The notes under the pieces are model-generated. The model had not been told where the DNA came from, made no database searches, and saw only the letters and a program-made list of their open reading frames with translations. 64,000 bases of DNA from Haliotis cracherodii (taxonomy: Eukaryota): NCBI RefSeq assembly GCF_022045235.1, contig NW_027266264.1:80476001-80540000 (forward strand), given 5' to 3'. The translations under genes were made by a program, and so were the position numbers. This document shows, one piece after another, positions 46,873-61,243 of the stretch; the stretch's first letter is position 1; each line of letters opens with the position of its first letter.

Positions 46873-49800
46873 CCCAGGCCTCGTTAGATTGTTTACGGGT
46901 CAATTTTTTACTGTGTGGTCACTCGAAACTCATGTTTCGGTAGTAAGTGATTACAGGGCACTTTTAATCTAGTACTGACTTACTCTGGTTGTATTGAGCT
47001 CAACTTATAAGCTAGCGTTTTCCTTATTCTGTTTTCTAGTAATGCGTGGATAACCAACCTTCCCGTGATTGTCTAGCTTTTGGGGAATTTTAGGATTTTC
47101 TTGCATAGTCAAAGAGTCTTTGGTCTATTTGACTAGTTTAATATTCAGACGTTCTCGTCTACTTTACGTTACGTCTCTACATCCTCGTTCTCTTCTCACA
47201 AAGTGACGTCAAATCCAGCTCACTTGAGCGCAATCAACTTTCAACTATTTATGGTTCTTTTAAAACGTATTTTCCCGCATTCTCTTTATATCTGTAAAGT
47301 AGTCCTAGGGTAATTGTCTGAATATGAACAACGTCAAACTCAAATATGTCTTGATTAAGCATTTATTCATGGTATTAATGTGAAGTCATGTGCCCACCCG
47401 TAAAGGTTGAGTATGTCTGTTCTGATTCCACCATAAACATTGTTAGTCGATTAAAACTCTCTGCCATGGCGTTCAATTAGCGTTTCAATATTTACATATA
47501 ATCGTCATTCCATTCTCCTATCGTATTAGTTACATGCATGTAGCAAACATCATATACTCAGGCGGAACCAGAATTTTGTGGGTGTGGGGGAGTGTTGAGG
47601 TGTGTGTGTGCACATAATCCCCAAGTCACGAACTCACTTGGGCAACGGCGCTGTTGACACGTAAGGTTTCTGAAATAGTGGATCCCACTGGATCCGCCAG
47701 TGATATTTGTCATATTTTGAACTAATTATTCCCTTCCCACGCTTAGCGTCTGCAGTCGTAATACCTGTAAAAAATAAACTTAAAAAGTACTTAATTGAAA
47801 TGCATGAGAGCGCTTGTTAACTGCTTCCGGCGACAAACCCTGTCTCGCCAGACGCTTTGATTCATGCCGTGTGGAACACTTACTCCATCATGTAAATACC
47901 TCCCCGATTAAAATCAAACGTGACTGACTTTTTAACAAAAGCACTGTTTTTAATACTTCTTGAATGAACTTTAAAGATCAAAACAGGCCATTTGGGAGAT
48001 AAACCTGTGATTTTGATGTACACTGAGGGGCAAAGGAAACCTCTCAGTTGGTTCTATCATTTGAATTTCAATTTAAAATATCTTAAGTTAGCGCGCTATC
48101 CGATATATACTGTACTGCCGTTGAATACTTCTACATAGATGTATTTTGAAAAATATGGTTTTCATTTAAATCTTTCAAAATCTAAAAAGAAAAAAATCGC
48201 ATGAGGCACCACTGCTGATGGGTAGAGTAGCTTAATCATCTTATCTTTAAAAATTAATAAAGTTCCTTTTTTCGGAACAAATTTACATTTCAAACATGGT
48301 AGGGGTCGTGTAGTTGTTTCTCATTTCTCTTCAAGTCACCATGGAAACAATTTGTGTTTACACAAACTTATTCAGCTACAGTTTGGTTTTTTACAAATAT
48401 TTCTGTTGCAGGTATGAGCGAAGGTTCAATAGACCTGATCAATTTTAACAACAGTTCTTTCAATTTTCATTTACATTAAAAATAGACTCGGTATACTTTC
48501 TTTTGCCCCACAGCTTGAGTTCGGTTTTTAAGAGAGTACCTAGAGCTCTTATTTAATTTTGGTTGCCATTCTGCCAAATGTTACAAAAATTCGAATATGC
48601 GCCTTCAAAGTGTTTCAGTATATGTAAAGATCAAGCATGACATTTGGGAGATAAACCTCTGATTTTGATGTATGTGCGGTTTTTGAGTGATAACAAACGT
48701 GTTAGCATCATGTCTTAATTATATGTTTAAGTTTTCATACATGGTAAATATTAATAATACATATTGTTTTAAACCTGTATGGTAATCAGTATGCGCGGTA
48801 TCATGTTAGTCTCATGTGGTACCAAACTCGTTTATATACTTAAACGCCCATGACTGGTTACTGCGCATGTCGGTGTTTCGCACGCATCAACAGCCGACAA
48901 GCCCTTCCGCAGCAGCTGCACTAATTGTTTATTAAGTGCAGGTGGTATTGGGTATACTTAGCCGATTTACATTTTAATTGTAAACGACACATTAACAAAA
49001 GCAAGATGGTCGAATGTGCAAAATCGCCTCCAGACACCTGAAAGTTCGCTAATCGTCGTAATTCTCCGGTAATCTCCGTACACATCACGTATTTTGTCTG
49101 CCACGTGGAAGAAAGAACAGGGAGACATTTGCAGATAGCCATGTTTGGTTTCAAATTAGCGTCTAACAGATTCACAAACATGACGTCTTCCGAGGATATT
49201 CCTCAAATATGTACTTGTTAATACTTCGAAGCGGAAATGTATAAATATGTATTCGGATTATAATTTCCATGAGGACTAAGGTCGTATTGATTTCCTATGT
49301 ATTAAATACATTAAGGTTTGTATGGATAACAACTTCTTTATTAACTGTAACGCCGTTTCAGGGCCGTTTCAGGGCCGTTTCAGGACTGTTTCAGGGCCGC
49401 TTCTTGCCTATGTATTAATGTTTGTGCAGCCATCTCTGACCACATGACCATGCTAAAACTTGAAAATTACTTTGATCTCTGCCCGAAATGATTTCGCTTT
49501 TGTGGCTGTAATTTTAATTTTGGTCGAATGCAAATTCTTTCTTATTTAATAAATACTTTCATTTTGATTTTCGTATATGTTGTAGAAAAGTCAGGCTTGA
49601 AAGGAAATACTTGTGTCCTTCCCAGTGCTGTTGCTTCCAGAAATGTATGATTTTTTAAATTGAAATAAAACTATATTCTTGTTTTATTAAGTGCTATTGG
49701 TTGCTACTCAGCACTATTCCTCCAAATCTACCAAAAGTAATTAGCCTCGAGCACCTCGTCAATCTTGACCATTGGTTTCAAACGAAAGCTCTAATGGTAA

Positions 49801-51477
49801 AACTAGACTGTTTACATGCAACCTAACACACCGCACCCTGTCTCAATACTTTGTTTAAGGGGAGTTTTGGACCATGTAGATAGTAAGTGATACTGTCCGC
49901 ATTACGCAGGGGAGCAGTCATTTCCCTTTACAATCATTGCTCGGGGAGCAGTCATTCATTGTCCATCACTGCACAGTGTCGAGTACATGAGATCACGTGA
50001 GGATGGGCCGGCGATAGTGAGGTGAGAACCTCGAAATGTGCTGTCGCGTAGTATTAAAGGTTTTAGAACACATCGCACATGATAAATTATTTGTTGTAAA
50101 TCAATACGTTCAAATTTAAATAAATAAATTGCAAGGGATTCATGGCATTTGATTGGCTAACCAACAGCTTTTTGCCACAGTGTCCCCTTGACATGGGTTA
50201 ATATCGTGGATTTATTTCCAACCTTTTGTGCAAGACATTGTTTTCTCAAATATATGTGTATTGGTTGTGAGGTAAGCAATATATATGATATTTACCAGGC
50301 CGTCACTTGACGTCGTCATGTGAACAGTTGTTACTGAAGTAGCTTGTAGTGTTATTAGCGAACATAGCGTCATTTCAGTTTAACTATTGAATTAGCCTAA
50401 ACCGCATATATCCTTTGTCACAAACAAACACCAGGCTCATGTACATCAAGCTATGGTGTTTACTTAAAGCTACACCTGTTTTAGTTTTAGAAGGACAACA
50501 AATAAAGGATTGCGTAGGGGCAAATAAACAAATCTTCTTATTCTTTCACAAACGGAAAGCGGACCAAAATGTTGCGAACGATCTGAAAAGAGTCGTTTCA
50601 AATATTTGTCTGTAATTTGGAGATGTAAATGAATTATTGCTGAGACTCGGGCCAACGTTACGTCGCATGCGGGCGTCGTCTCCAAAGCCGTCAGCATAAG
50701 TCAGATGGCAGGCATGATTAGTCTGTTTACAGAAGTGTAGCTCACCTGATTAAAGGATTTGATGCGATCTCCCTTTCGCCCCAGCCTATGTTACAGTCGG
50801 TTCAACTTGGAACTTAACAGATTCCCACTTGTTGAAGTGACGCACACTTACATCTGTAGTCTATGTCCACCTGACAATGCGGAATGAGGACGATGTTTAA
50901 ATGATTAGTTTTGAGATGAACTGTTTTATACGTATTAACGTCGCCACTAACTGATTTCAGATTAAGATCAGCTTGTCCTTGTGTATAAGCACCTCACCAT
51001 TGATGTGTGAGTTATCTGAAGACATCAGGATTCGGATCTTATGCTAGACTGACCCAACTGACACTAATACACCACTCAATGGTTGGATGTCTTTCCCTGC
51101 AGTCTTGGATCTTCATCGTTTGTTGTGATAAAATATCATTTGTAAAACAGTTAAATTGAACTGAATTAAAAGTCATTTTTTTACCTTATGCCCAAACCAT
51201 GTGGTAACGTACGGTCAATCCTACTGTAAAATCGTCTTATATCTATTCATAAACGAGGAAGGCAAAAATAGTTATCTGAAGAAATGTTGATGAATAGTAA
51301 TGTATTTTATCAATGATCTCAGGGTTCTATGATTCCATATCTTTGGTATCAACCCCTAATAATGGAAAATATTTTATATACATATATTTGGGGTTTGACT
51401 GAACAATTTCAGAACATGACCTGCCTCGTGGCAACATCAACACCCACTGTGGCCACAGGTAACCGTATTGTACCTTA

Positions 51478-51876
51478 AGGAGCACGTTTAAGGGACAAGT
51501 AAACCAAGATTCCACACCATCGCTTGTCCTGACATGTCTCAGACGACAAACCTTCTTGTCGTAAAACAAAGAAACGTATTTACATGGAAAAGCTGACTTC
51601 CGGTTTCACGAACCATTTCAAAGACATTTGGTGTAAACAATCGTCTGCGATCGCCGGTTTGTGATTTCTAGGGTCTGTGTAGGACTAGGGGTTAAATACA
51701 GGTCGATGTGGGGAGGTTCCCAAGCGACCCCCTGAGGTGGACTCACCTACCCCGCAAAGTCACTTCTAAAAGTACGTGATCCTGTAAAAAAGTGACACGC
51801 CGGAAAATCTATAAATGCCTGTTCCCTTATATTCCTCAGTCGCTTTCGTTCTCAAAACGTCTCTCAACTCAACGCA
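51478..51876 (+). promoter_or_regulatory. Promoter of chitin-binding gene copy 1, alignable with copy 2 promoter (60853-61243)
   Basis: Shared colinear blocks GGAGCACGTTTAAGGG, CATCGCTTGTCCTGACATGTC, CTTCCGGTTTCACGA, TGGTGTAAACA, GGGTTAAATACAGG, TCACCTACCC, CTATAAA. Confidence 0.65.
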
Positions 51877-54800
51877 ATGGGCTCAAAGGTCCACATCGTC
51901 ATATTCGTGTTTGGACTTGCCGCCATTTTGTTTTTGAATGCGGTCGATTCCGTCGATTTTCTCGACGACAATTTCGGAGCAGACCCCGGATGTAAAGACC
52001 CATGGACAACGGAGTGGACCAGAGATAACCAAGATTGCAGTAAAGTTCATTTCTGTGTACAGGGCAAGAAATACTGGAGTATAAACTGCAACGACAGTCG
52101 AGTGTGGTCCAATATCGGCCATGCATGCGTGGAGCCAATGTCCCAGTGGGATGACTGCAATCAAGTGATGACCACCCCCGCCATCAGTGAGTACACCAGA
52201 AGTTTGGTTTGCACTGTCATATATTTCAGCATTATAAGAAATATGACGTCATCAAGTGCCATGACGTCAAAGATATTTATATGACTTCGGTCAAAAAGGA
52301 GGTCTCACTAAACGGATTCATCTCCACTTTCTACTGAAATAAAGTGATTGAGTATGGTTTTACGCCGCTTTTAGCAATATTCCAGCAATATCACGACGGG
52401 GGACACCAGAAATGGGCTTCGCACATTGTACCCATATCGGGATCGAACCCGGGTCTTCGGCGTGACGAGCGAACACTTTAACCACTAGGCTACCCGATCG
52501 CCCCCTGAAATAAAGACAATGGCAATACATTCTCACTATGCAAAACTACAGGCACCAGTATTACACTGGGAAGCTCGCCAAGACTTTTTATGTTACATTC
52601 TATGGAACATTTAGCCATTGCAATGCGGCATATTACCCCAAATATCACACATTTGAGTTCTCAATCAAATTTCACGTTGGGTGATAATGCAAAAGGTCAC
52701 TGGGACTTACAGATTATTTCCCACCTAGTGAATTTATGATTGTACTAATGGCACTTCTTCATTCGGGTGTGATCGACCACAGAGTTCCACCAAGCGATCT
52801 TAGCTTTGAGACTATGGTAACTCCCATACTTTAACATAAACTTACGACAATCGTAGCTAAGATCACATTTGGCACGGGGCCCAGGATATGTGTCCCACGT
52901 GTATCAAAGAAAAGGAAAAATATGAATTTTGCTTGAAGTTGATTGGCTAATCCACTCCTGTGTTCATTTGTTTTTGAAAAAGCCATTACGACGTGACGTC
53001 ATATCAGTTGATTGTAAATAACATTAATATGACGTCATCCATTGTTCTTGATATCACGTGACGTCATTATTACAATAGCGGATTGAGCTGATGTCTCTAA
53101 ATATGATGCGGAAACCTACACTTTTCTTACAGTTTCTTTATATTGCATGATTTGCTCGCAATTCCGTATTACTGATAATATTTCCAAAATATATTAATTC
53201 ACGATCTCGTCATGATATTCCTCGTAGTTTGTCAGTTATTCCCACTTTAACATACAATAGTACGTGAGGAAGTACAATATTTAACACTGGAATCGATATC
53301 CTGCATCCCGCGACATTGATCCCCGTGAATAGCTGGAAAATTGTTGATGCGGCATAAAACACTATTCATTCATTCTAAAGAGATTGCTTGAATGGAATCT
53401 ACATTGACTAATATAGAACTGTGGTCTTCAAAAATATATGCACACTAATATCAAATAATTATTACAATTGATCTTTTATACATAAAAGCTACTATTACTA
53501 CCGCGCTGTGCCAACAGTTGGTGAGCTAGTGAGATCTATTTGTTTTGATGAAAAATGTAAATCGTCCAGAATATACTCAAACACTCAAAAATATTTATAA
53601 ACATACACTTCATTAGTATGTCCAACATGCCATTGTTTTGTTTTGTTTACAGAAGAAAGTCTTTTGAAACCAATCTTGTATAAACATAGAATTGCATTTT
53701 CCAGATTTAGATGTTCATCACATGTGTTAACTATTGAAACAGGAAAATATATTAAAATCCCGTTGGAATGCAGACTGTGAGAATGTGTAATTTACAGTTT
53801 ATAGAAGACAGGTACCACTTTGTTCTAATATTCCCATTTTATCAAAGTGTACGTTGTACATATCTAGCTCCATTATTATACCAATTCTAAATATTTGTAA
53901 GTTTAATGAATTGATGTCATCTCTTAATATCAATGTATTAATGTCTTAACAGCTTTATTTGTCACTTTGAGAAATCATAACACATGCGACATAAACAACT
54001 GAACACTATTTCTGTACAGGTACTACATGTATCCACACATATGTGTACGATAGACACGTGGTCTTTCAGTATATTTGTATATGTACTACCCACACATATG
54101 TGTACGATAGACACGTGGTCTTTCAGTATGTTTGTATATGTACTACCCACACATATGTGTACGATAGACACGTGGTCTTTCAGTATGTTTGTATATGTAC
54201 TACCCACACATATGTGTACGATAGACACGTGGTCTTTCAGTATATTTGTATATGTACTACCCACACATATGTGTACGATAGACACGTGGTCTTTCAGTAT
54301 GTTTGTATATGTACTACCCACACATATGTGTACGATAGACACGTGGTCTTTCAGTATGTTTGTATATGTACTATCCACACATATGTGTACGATAGACACG
54401 TGGTCTTTCAGTATGTTTGTATATGTACTACCCACACATATGTGTACGATAGACACGTGGTCTTTCAGTATGTTTGTATATGTACTACCCACACATATGT
54501 GTACGATAGACACGTGGTCTTTCAGTATGTTTGTATATGTACTACCCACACATATGTGTACGATAGACACGTGGTCTTTCAGTATGTTTGTATATGTACT
54601 ATCCACACATATGTGTACGATAGACACGTGGTCTTTCAGTATGTTTGTACATGTACTACCCACACATATGTGTACGATAGACACGTGGTCTTTCAGGATC
54701 TTTGTACATGTACTACCCACACATATGTGTACGATAGACACGTGGTCTTTCAGTATGTTTGTATATGTACTATCCACACATATGTGTACGATAGACACGT

Positions 54801-57800
54801 GGTCTTTCAGTATGTTTGTACATGTACTACCCACACATATGTGTACGATAGACACGTGGTCTTTCAGTATGTCTGTACTTGTACTATCCACACATATGTG
54901 TACGATAGACACGTGGTCTTTCAGTATGTCTGTACTTGTACTTTCCACACATATGTGTACGATAGACACGTGGTCTTTCAGTATTTCTGTACAGGTACTA
55001 TCTACACATATGTGTACGATAGACACGTGGTCTTTCAGTATTTCTGTACATGTACTATCCACACATATTTGTACGATAGGCACGTGGTCTTTCAGTATGT
55101 CTGTACAGGTACTACCCACACATATGTGTACGATAGACACGTGGTCTTTCAGTATGTTTGTATATGTACTACCCACACATATGTGTACGATAGACACGTG
55201 GTCTTTCAGTATGTTTGTATATGTACTATCCACACATATGTGTACGATAGACACGTGGTCTTTCAGTATGTCTGTACATGTACTACCCACACATATGTGT
55301 ACGATAGACACGTGGTCTTTCTGCAATAAGGTTAAAATTTCACATTTTGATTTGCATAGAATCACTAGACAGGACATTGTCGGCAGTTAATTTGAATTAG
55401 CTTTTTAATTAAAGATTTTTTGTGATTTTGCCCTTCGTTTGAAGCCATCGCTGACATTATGTTCAAGCCAACACGAATTTGCTCCGTTTCACATGTTCAG
55501 AAGAGAGAGGTATAAATCATTGCGACGCAGCGACGTGAACGGCTCACTTCGACATTTAGTGTTCTTACAGGTGTTCTGCAAACTTGGCTTAAACTACAAA
55601 TAGGTAACGCGTATGCAAACAGCTGTTAGTGTTCATATGTTGGCCCTGAGATCTATTAAACGATTCTCTATTTGTATTTTAATACAAATTTAACATTCAT
55701 ATTAGATAAATCACAAACAACTCTCGTTCTTCATAGCCTCAGTTGTTTGATCTTCTGACGCTTGTAGTTGCCTCGCTCACTTTAAAATATCAAGCGAACC
55801 AATAAACACTGAACACTGAATAGTTGAGCAGTCGTCACTTAGTTATAATTTCGCCTCGGTCATATTGTAACAAAAAGCAGCGAAATTCAACTTACAGCAA
55901 TATTCCAGGAAAAAAGTAAAGTGAGGTTTTATCTCAGTAATGTACGGTTTACCAACCCTTCGACATGGTGAACACGGATTCTAGCGCACAGCCGATTAAG
56001 TGACCTGTGGGTGTAATCTATGACGAGTTCTGTAACGTGTTCTATGGAGTGATCTGTGACTGTGTTCTATGACGTGTTTGATGACTGTTTTATGACGTGT
56101 CCTATGACGTGTTCTGTGTGTTTTATGACGTGACCTATGACGTGTTCTGTGTGTTTTATGACGTGACCTATGAAGTGTTTTATTGCCGTTTTATGACGTG
56201 TCCTATGATGTGTTTTATTATGTGTACTATTATGTGTTTTATGACGTGACCTGTCGCGTGTTCTGTGTGTTTTATGACGTGACCTATGACGTGTTCTGTG
56301 TTTTTATGACGTGACCTATGAAGTGTTTTATGGCCGTTTTATGACGTGTCCTATGATGTGTTCTATTATGTGTTTTATGACGTGACCTATGACGTGTTCT
56401 GTGTGTTTTTTGTCGTGTTCTGTGGTGTGTTTTCTGACTGTTTTATGACGTGTCCTATGATGTTTTATCATGTGTTCTATGATGTGTTTTATGACGTGAT
56501 CTATGACATGTTCTCTGATGTGTTATATGACATGTTCTATGATGTTTTTTATGGCGTGATCTGTGACATGTTCAATAAGGTGTTATATAAAGTGATCTGT
56601 GAGTGTTTTGTGATGTGTTTTGTGACGTGTTTTATTGCGTGCTCTATGATGTGTTCTATGATGTGTTCTTGTCATGATGCAGTGATCTATCTCTTCCCCA
56701 GATGACGAACGGTGCGTCCTCCCCAGTGGAATGAACCCTGACCCCGACAACTGTGCCCAGTTCCTGGCCTGCACCAACCGGACAGTGGTGGCCACGATGC
56801 AGTGTCCAGAGAACACGCTCTTCTCCACCAAGAACAACACGTGCGAACTCAGTTTCCTCGTGGCTGACGAGTGTCGTACGAGACTCATTCCTGACCACGT
56901 TGTTGTTAGTAAGTACACACACACACATGCACGTTCACACACACACACACATGTGCAGCATAAAGAGGTTTGTCTCAAGTCATTTAAACAACACAAAGCT
57001 TCCTTGGGTTTTGTGATTTCATTTTACGTTGCAACAAGAGATTGATCATTTGTTTTAGCAATCTCCCAAGTCCTCCTTTTATTTACCTTATGTTTTCTTC
57101 TGAGTTAGGTGATTATGAACGCAGGAGAAGGAAGCTTATTAAATCTAGAATTTCAAATCCGATCCTTGGACATTTTTAAAAATTAAATAAAAAGGTAGTG
57201 TTTAAGACACGATTCACTCTTTGCAGGCAATGGAGCTAATTTATACACGAATCAAATAATAATCGCTGTTGTGAAAAAAATTAACAAATATACCCTAGAA
57301 ATCAAATAGAGATGTTGTTTGTCTGCAAACTGTAGTTTCAGAATTTAAGCTAAGATTTCATTCCACGAGAAATCCTACACAAGCCTGAAGGCCTCTACTA
57401 GGTATTACACGGAAACATGTATGTCAATGCTAGTTATCATACCACCAGACATGGAGGTATTGCTGTCTTGTGTATGTTTCTTGAAGGTGTAATTAAGTTT
57501 CATTGATGTCAACCATGGCAAACTATGTATACGGTCTTTTAAACTTCAGATCACATATATTCATAAGAAACAATCGCTCTTTCTGTAACGTCAACCCCTT
57601 GCAAGACACCGATCTAGTATTAAGTGCAAGAGTAAAACAAAATATAACTTAATTGATTCAGAATTTTAGTTAAATATGTAGCATTCGAGTCTAAGTTTGA
57701 AATCAACTTTTTAATTCGTTCTTAACTTAATCTTAATGCATACAAATATCGTAGTCCAATTCAAGCTGCTATATTTGCACAGTCGTCCGCTGTTTACCGT

Positions 57801-58813
57801 CCCTGACATTTGCAACTTTAGCCAGTGTCCGAGTAAATTAGGTTTTGTGATCCTCACAATTCTGTCAAACAACACAAATATTTCTGTCTCAATATAATCC
57901 CGTGATCAAGCCGTTTCATAATGTTTGTCTGTCCAATAGAGAATAAGGTCAGAATGTCCCCTTGTGTCAAGTCCACTCTCAATGGTGTTTTGTGGTTCAG
58001 GTCAACCTCAAATATTAACTGTATTAACAGGCCAACGACAAGTTGATGTGTGGCTTTTTTTCGAAGCCAAGTGATGTATTTGATAGTAACAAGCCATAGC
58101 GACCTTTAGTGACACGTGCCCCTGATAGACGTGCTACGTGGGTAGATTTCAGCTGGTGTGTGGACTAAAGGAGAGACACAGGTGTGCGCGGAGAGAACTT
58201 GGGATAGATGTATGAGAGACACAGAACGGAATATTTGATACTGTTACGTTCTACATTTCAAAGGATAATTTCATACACTTCACTGGGGAATTAGTTTGAA
58301 ATCGACTTGTAAGCATGATATTTACCAATGTTATTGAGCGAGGGGATGAATATTGCTATATGCCTATACGTCCTACTAAATTAGGAATATGAGGCCATGA
58401 AGCTTTCATAATACTTCATTATTGTTTTTTATACGATTATTCAAGGTTACGTCTTGCCTAGTCTTCAGGGGAAATGATATTAGCATTGAAAGAGTAATAT
58501 TATCCTATTTTATCATTAAAATGCCTGTCAAAGATTTAACCATTGTAGTCATCATGCTCACTTCATATTGCATGTCTATTAACATTATCACATCTCGACT
58601 TCAGCCACTGCCAGTCCAATCATCGACAAACCTTGCGAGGGGACCAAGAACGGTGACGTCCATGACCCCACCCACTGTGCCCGCTTCTACAAGTGCAACT
58701 ACGGTCGCGTCGTCGCCAGAATCAAGTGTCCCGCAAACAGTGCCTTCTCATCCGTGAAGGTCAAGTGCGACTGGAGAGCAAACGTCGACTGCGAGGATCG
58801 TCCATTCTCTTGA
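51877..58813 (+). CDS. Secreted chitin-binding protein with 3 peritrophin-A/CBM14 (ChtBD2) domains, 241 aa, copy 1
   Basis: Exons 51877-52186, 56702-56908, 58605-58813; phase-1 introns, one 6-Cys domain per exon (e.g. CEGTKNGDVHDPTHCARFYKCNYGRVVARIKCPANSAFSSVKVKCDWRANVDC). Hydrophobic signal peptide, TATA box near 51811, AATAAA near 59289. Confidence 0.88.
52345..52504 (-). mobile_element. SINE family A copy
   Basis: TSD CTGAAATAAAG. Confidence 0.85.
54010..55322. repeat. 57-bp minisatellite (~23 copies) in intron 1 of chitin-binding gene copy 1
   Basis: CACACATATGTGTACGATAGACACGTGGTCTTTCAGTATGTTTGTATATGTACTACC; absent from the paralogue's intron 1. Confidence 0.95.
56018..56670 (+). repeat. 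Degenerate 12-bp (TATGACGTGTTY) array before the exon 2 acceptor; shorter homologue at 62408-62582
   Basis: Same motif at the same position in both paralogues. Confidence 0.85.
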
Positions 58814-59503
58814 GCTCCTCTGATCACGTGTCCGTCTATCGACCAATGGTTTTGCTTCCTCGTGTCATATGAGAATACACTAATCAATCACCCCAACTTC
58901 TAATTTCATTGAATATCATTTTTGTTTTTAAAGATACGTTTGTTTGGTTTTATCAATTGTCGAACCAATTTGTCTACTTGTGATGACATCTGAACGAGGG
59001 CTATTTTGATTTCAGAATGATAGTTCAATACACACCTCATCTTTCCTTTATTTCATTTTTGTTCAAAGAAGCTCGGATCGACATGATTTTTTTATAACTG
59101 TTCTTAATAACACACTGTCTCAGAAAAATGTGTTCAGTCTATAGGCATATTGAAATATGACGATTGACATATATGAACTGATAAGAGGATATGCTTAAAT
59201 AGTAACATTCTTCAGAATGCTTAATGGATATTAGAATAAGTTAGTGATCGGATGAATGACGTCATGCAGTGTATGTGTTTTGTGGAGAAATAAATTGTTT
59301 TCATTAAACATTGTGACTGTTATTGTCTTATTTTCGGATACATGTATATACATACATATTTACTTATACATCTCTGTCTTGGTGGCATTGTGGGTAAATG
59401 CGGTTGGAAGACACGAGTTATCTTTCTTCATTTTGTTGATTTGCTTTGTTAAATAACTGCATCGAATCGAATTAGAGTATATACCATTATTCAATTCAGT
59501 AAA

Positions 59504-59920
59504 AGGGTCTATTGCCTATCTCTTGGGTCTACAAGGGTCTATTGCTACTCTCTTGGGTCTACAAGGGTATATTGCCACTCTCTTGGGTTTGCAAGGGTCT
59601 ATTGCCACTCTCTTGGGTCTACAAGAGTTTTTTGCCGCTCTCTTGGGTCGACAAGGGTCTTTTGCCGCTCTCTTGGGTCTACAAGGGTATATTGCCACTC
59701 TCTTGGGTCTGCAAGGGTATATTGCCACTCTCTGGGGTCTGCAAGAGTCTATTGCCGCTCTCTTGGGTCTGCAAGAGTCTATTGCCACTCTCTTGGGTCT
59801 ACAAGGGTCTATCGCCACTCTCTTGGGTCTACAAGGGTCTATTACCACTCTCATGGGTCTACAAGGATCTGTTACCACTCTCTCAAGTCTACATGGGTCT
59901 ATTTCCACTCTCAAGGGTCT
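59504..59920. repeat. 30-bp minisatellite (~14 copies), followed by a family B copy (59921-60130)
   Basis: TATTGCCACTCTCTTGGGTCTACAAGGGTC. Confidence 0.92.
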
Positions 59921-61243
59921 GACCCGTGAAGATACGAGTTAGAATAGGTCTTCAGCAACCCAAGCTTGTCGTAAGAGGCGACTGACGGGATCGGGTGGTC
60001 TTGGTTGATGCATGTCATCATAATTGCGTAGATCAATACTCATGATATCAATCACTGGATTGTCTGGTCCAGACTCGATTATTTACAGTCCGACGTCATA
60101 TAGCTTGAATACTGCTGAGTTCAAACAAACCTCAAGGGTATATTGTCACCTTAATACACTTTCATACCACTTTTCTAAATACCCAAACTGGTCGCAATCA
60201 GTCAATCAATATATATGTATATATATCAGTATACATATATACTGAACATGTTCTTTGTCAGCACCTTACATGCGGCGTCACACAACTCACTCACTCTCTT
60301 TGTTAGCGACTTCATCGTCAACACCCACTGTGCGTCAAGTTTCAAGGTCGTTCTTTATATTCCTCTATCTCAGACTTACAATGAACCAATGTTAGGGTTC
60401 GATGGCTATTTAGCAAATAATGGCAATACCTTTGACATATACGGAAAGTGTGCCCCTCAATTCAATAGAATCTTTAGCTAAAATGTGACAGGTTGAAACG
60501 ACGAGATAGCGATTAACTTCACTTACATTTAGTTTTTCACGTGGCACTTCTTGCTGATCCACGCATTAAACATGTCATTGATCGATAAATGAATTATTTC
60601 CATGGCAGAGTCATGCGAATGACCTTGACCGTTACAAAAATGAGACCTTGGCCGACACGACCTTCTTCCTATGTTCACCTTTCTTCAATTCATTTCGTGT
60701 CTATGCTGCCAAGTGCTTGTACATCAAATAGGATTATTATTGTTCGGACGACTGTTGAGAGGATGACTGCCTGTTACACGATTAGGACCAACCTCGTGCT
60801 GAAGGCAATGCAGCCGTCAACCTTGACCACGGATCACGGTGTTTCGCCTGGAGGAGCACGTTTAAGGGGCAACAACTCTGTATCATCGCTTGTCCTGACA
60901 TGTCCCAGACGACAAACCTTGTCGTAAAACAAAGAATCGTATTTACATGGACAATTTGGCTTCCGGTTTCACGACAAATTACAAAGAAAGTTGGTGTAAA
61001 CAGTCGTCTGCGATCGTTGGTTTGTGGGGATAAGGTCTGTTTAGGACATAGGGTTAAATACAGGAGGTCCCCAGAGATCCCTCCTTGTGGATTCACCTAC
61101 CCAGCAAACATGACAAATCAGTTCCCGACGTACGTCTTTGGAGTCAACCTGTAAAAAGGTGACACGTTAGAACATCTATAAAGGCCTGTCCCCTCATATA
61201 CCTCGTTGGATTCCACTGCTCATACTTCTCTCAACTCAACGCA

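Noticed and set aside
50407-50416. Single ATATCCTTT U12-like motif
   Set aside because: Isolated and intergenic; expected by chance.
53962-55390. Cys/His-rich ~470-aa ORFs
   Set aside because: 57-bp satellite within intron 1 of the chitin-binding gene, absent from the paralogue.
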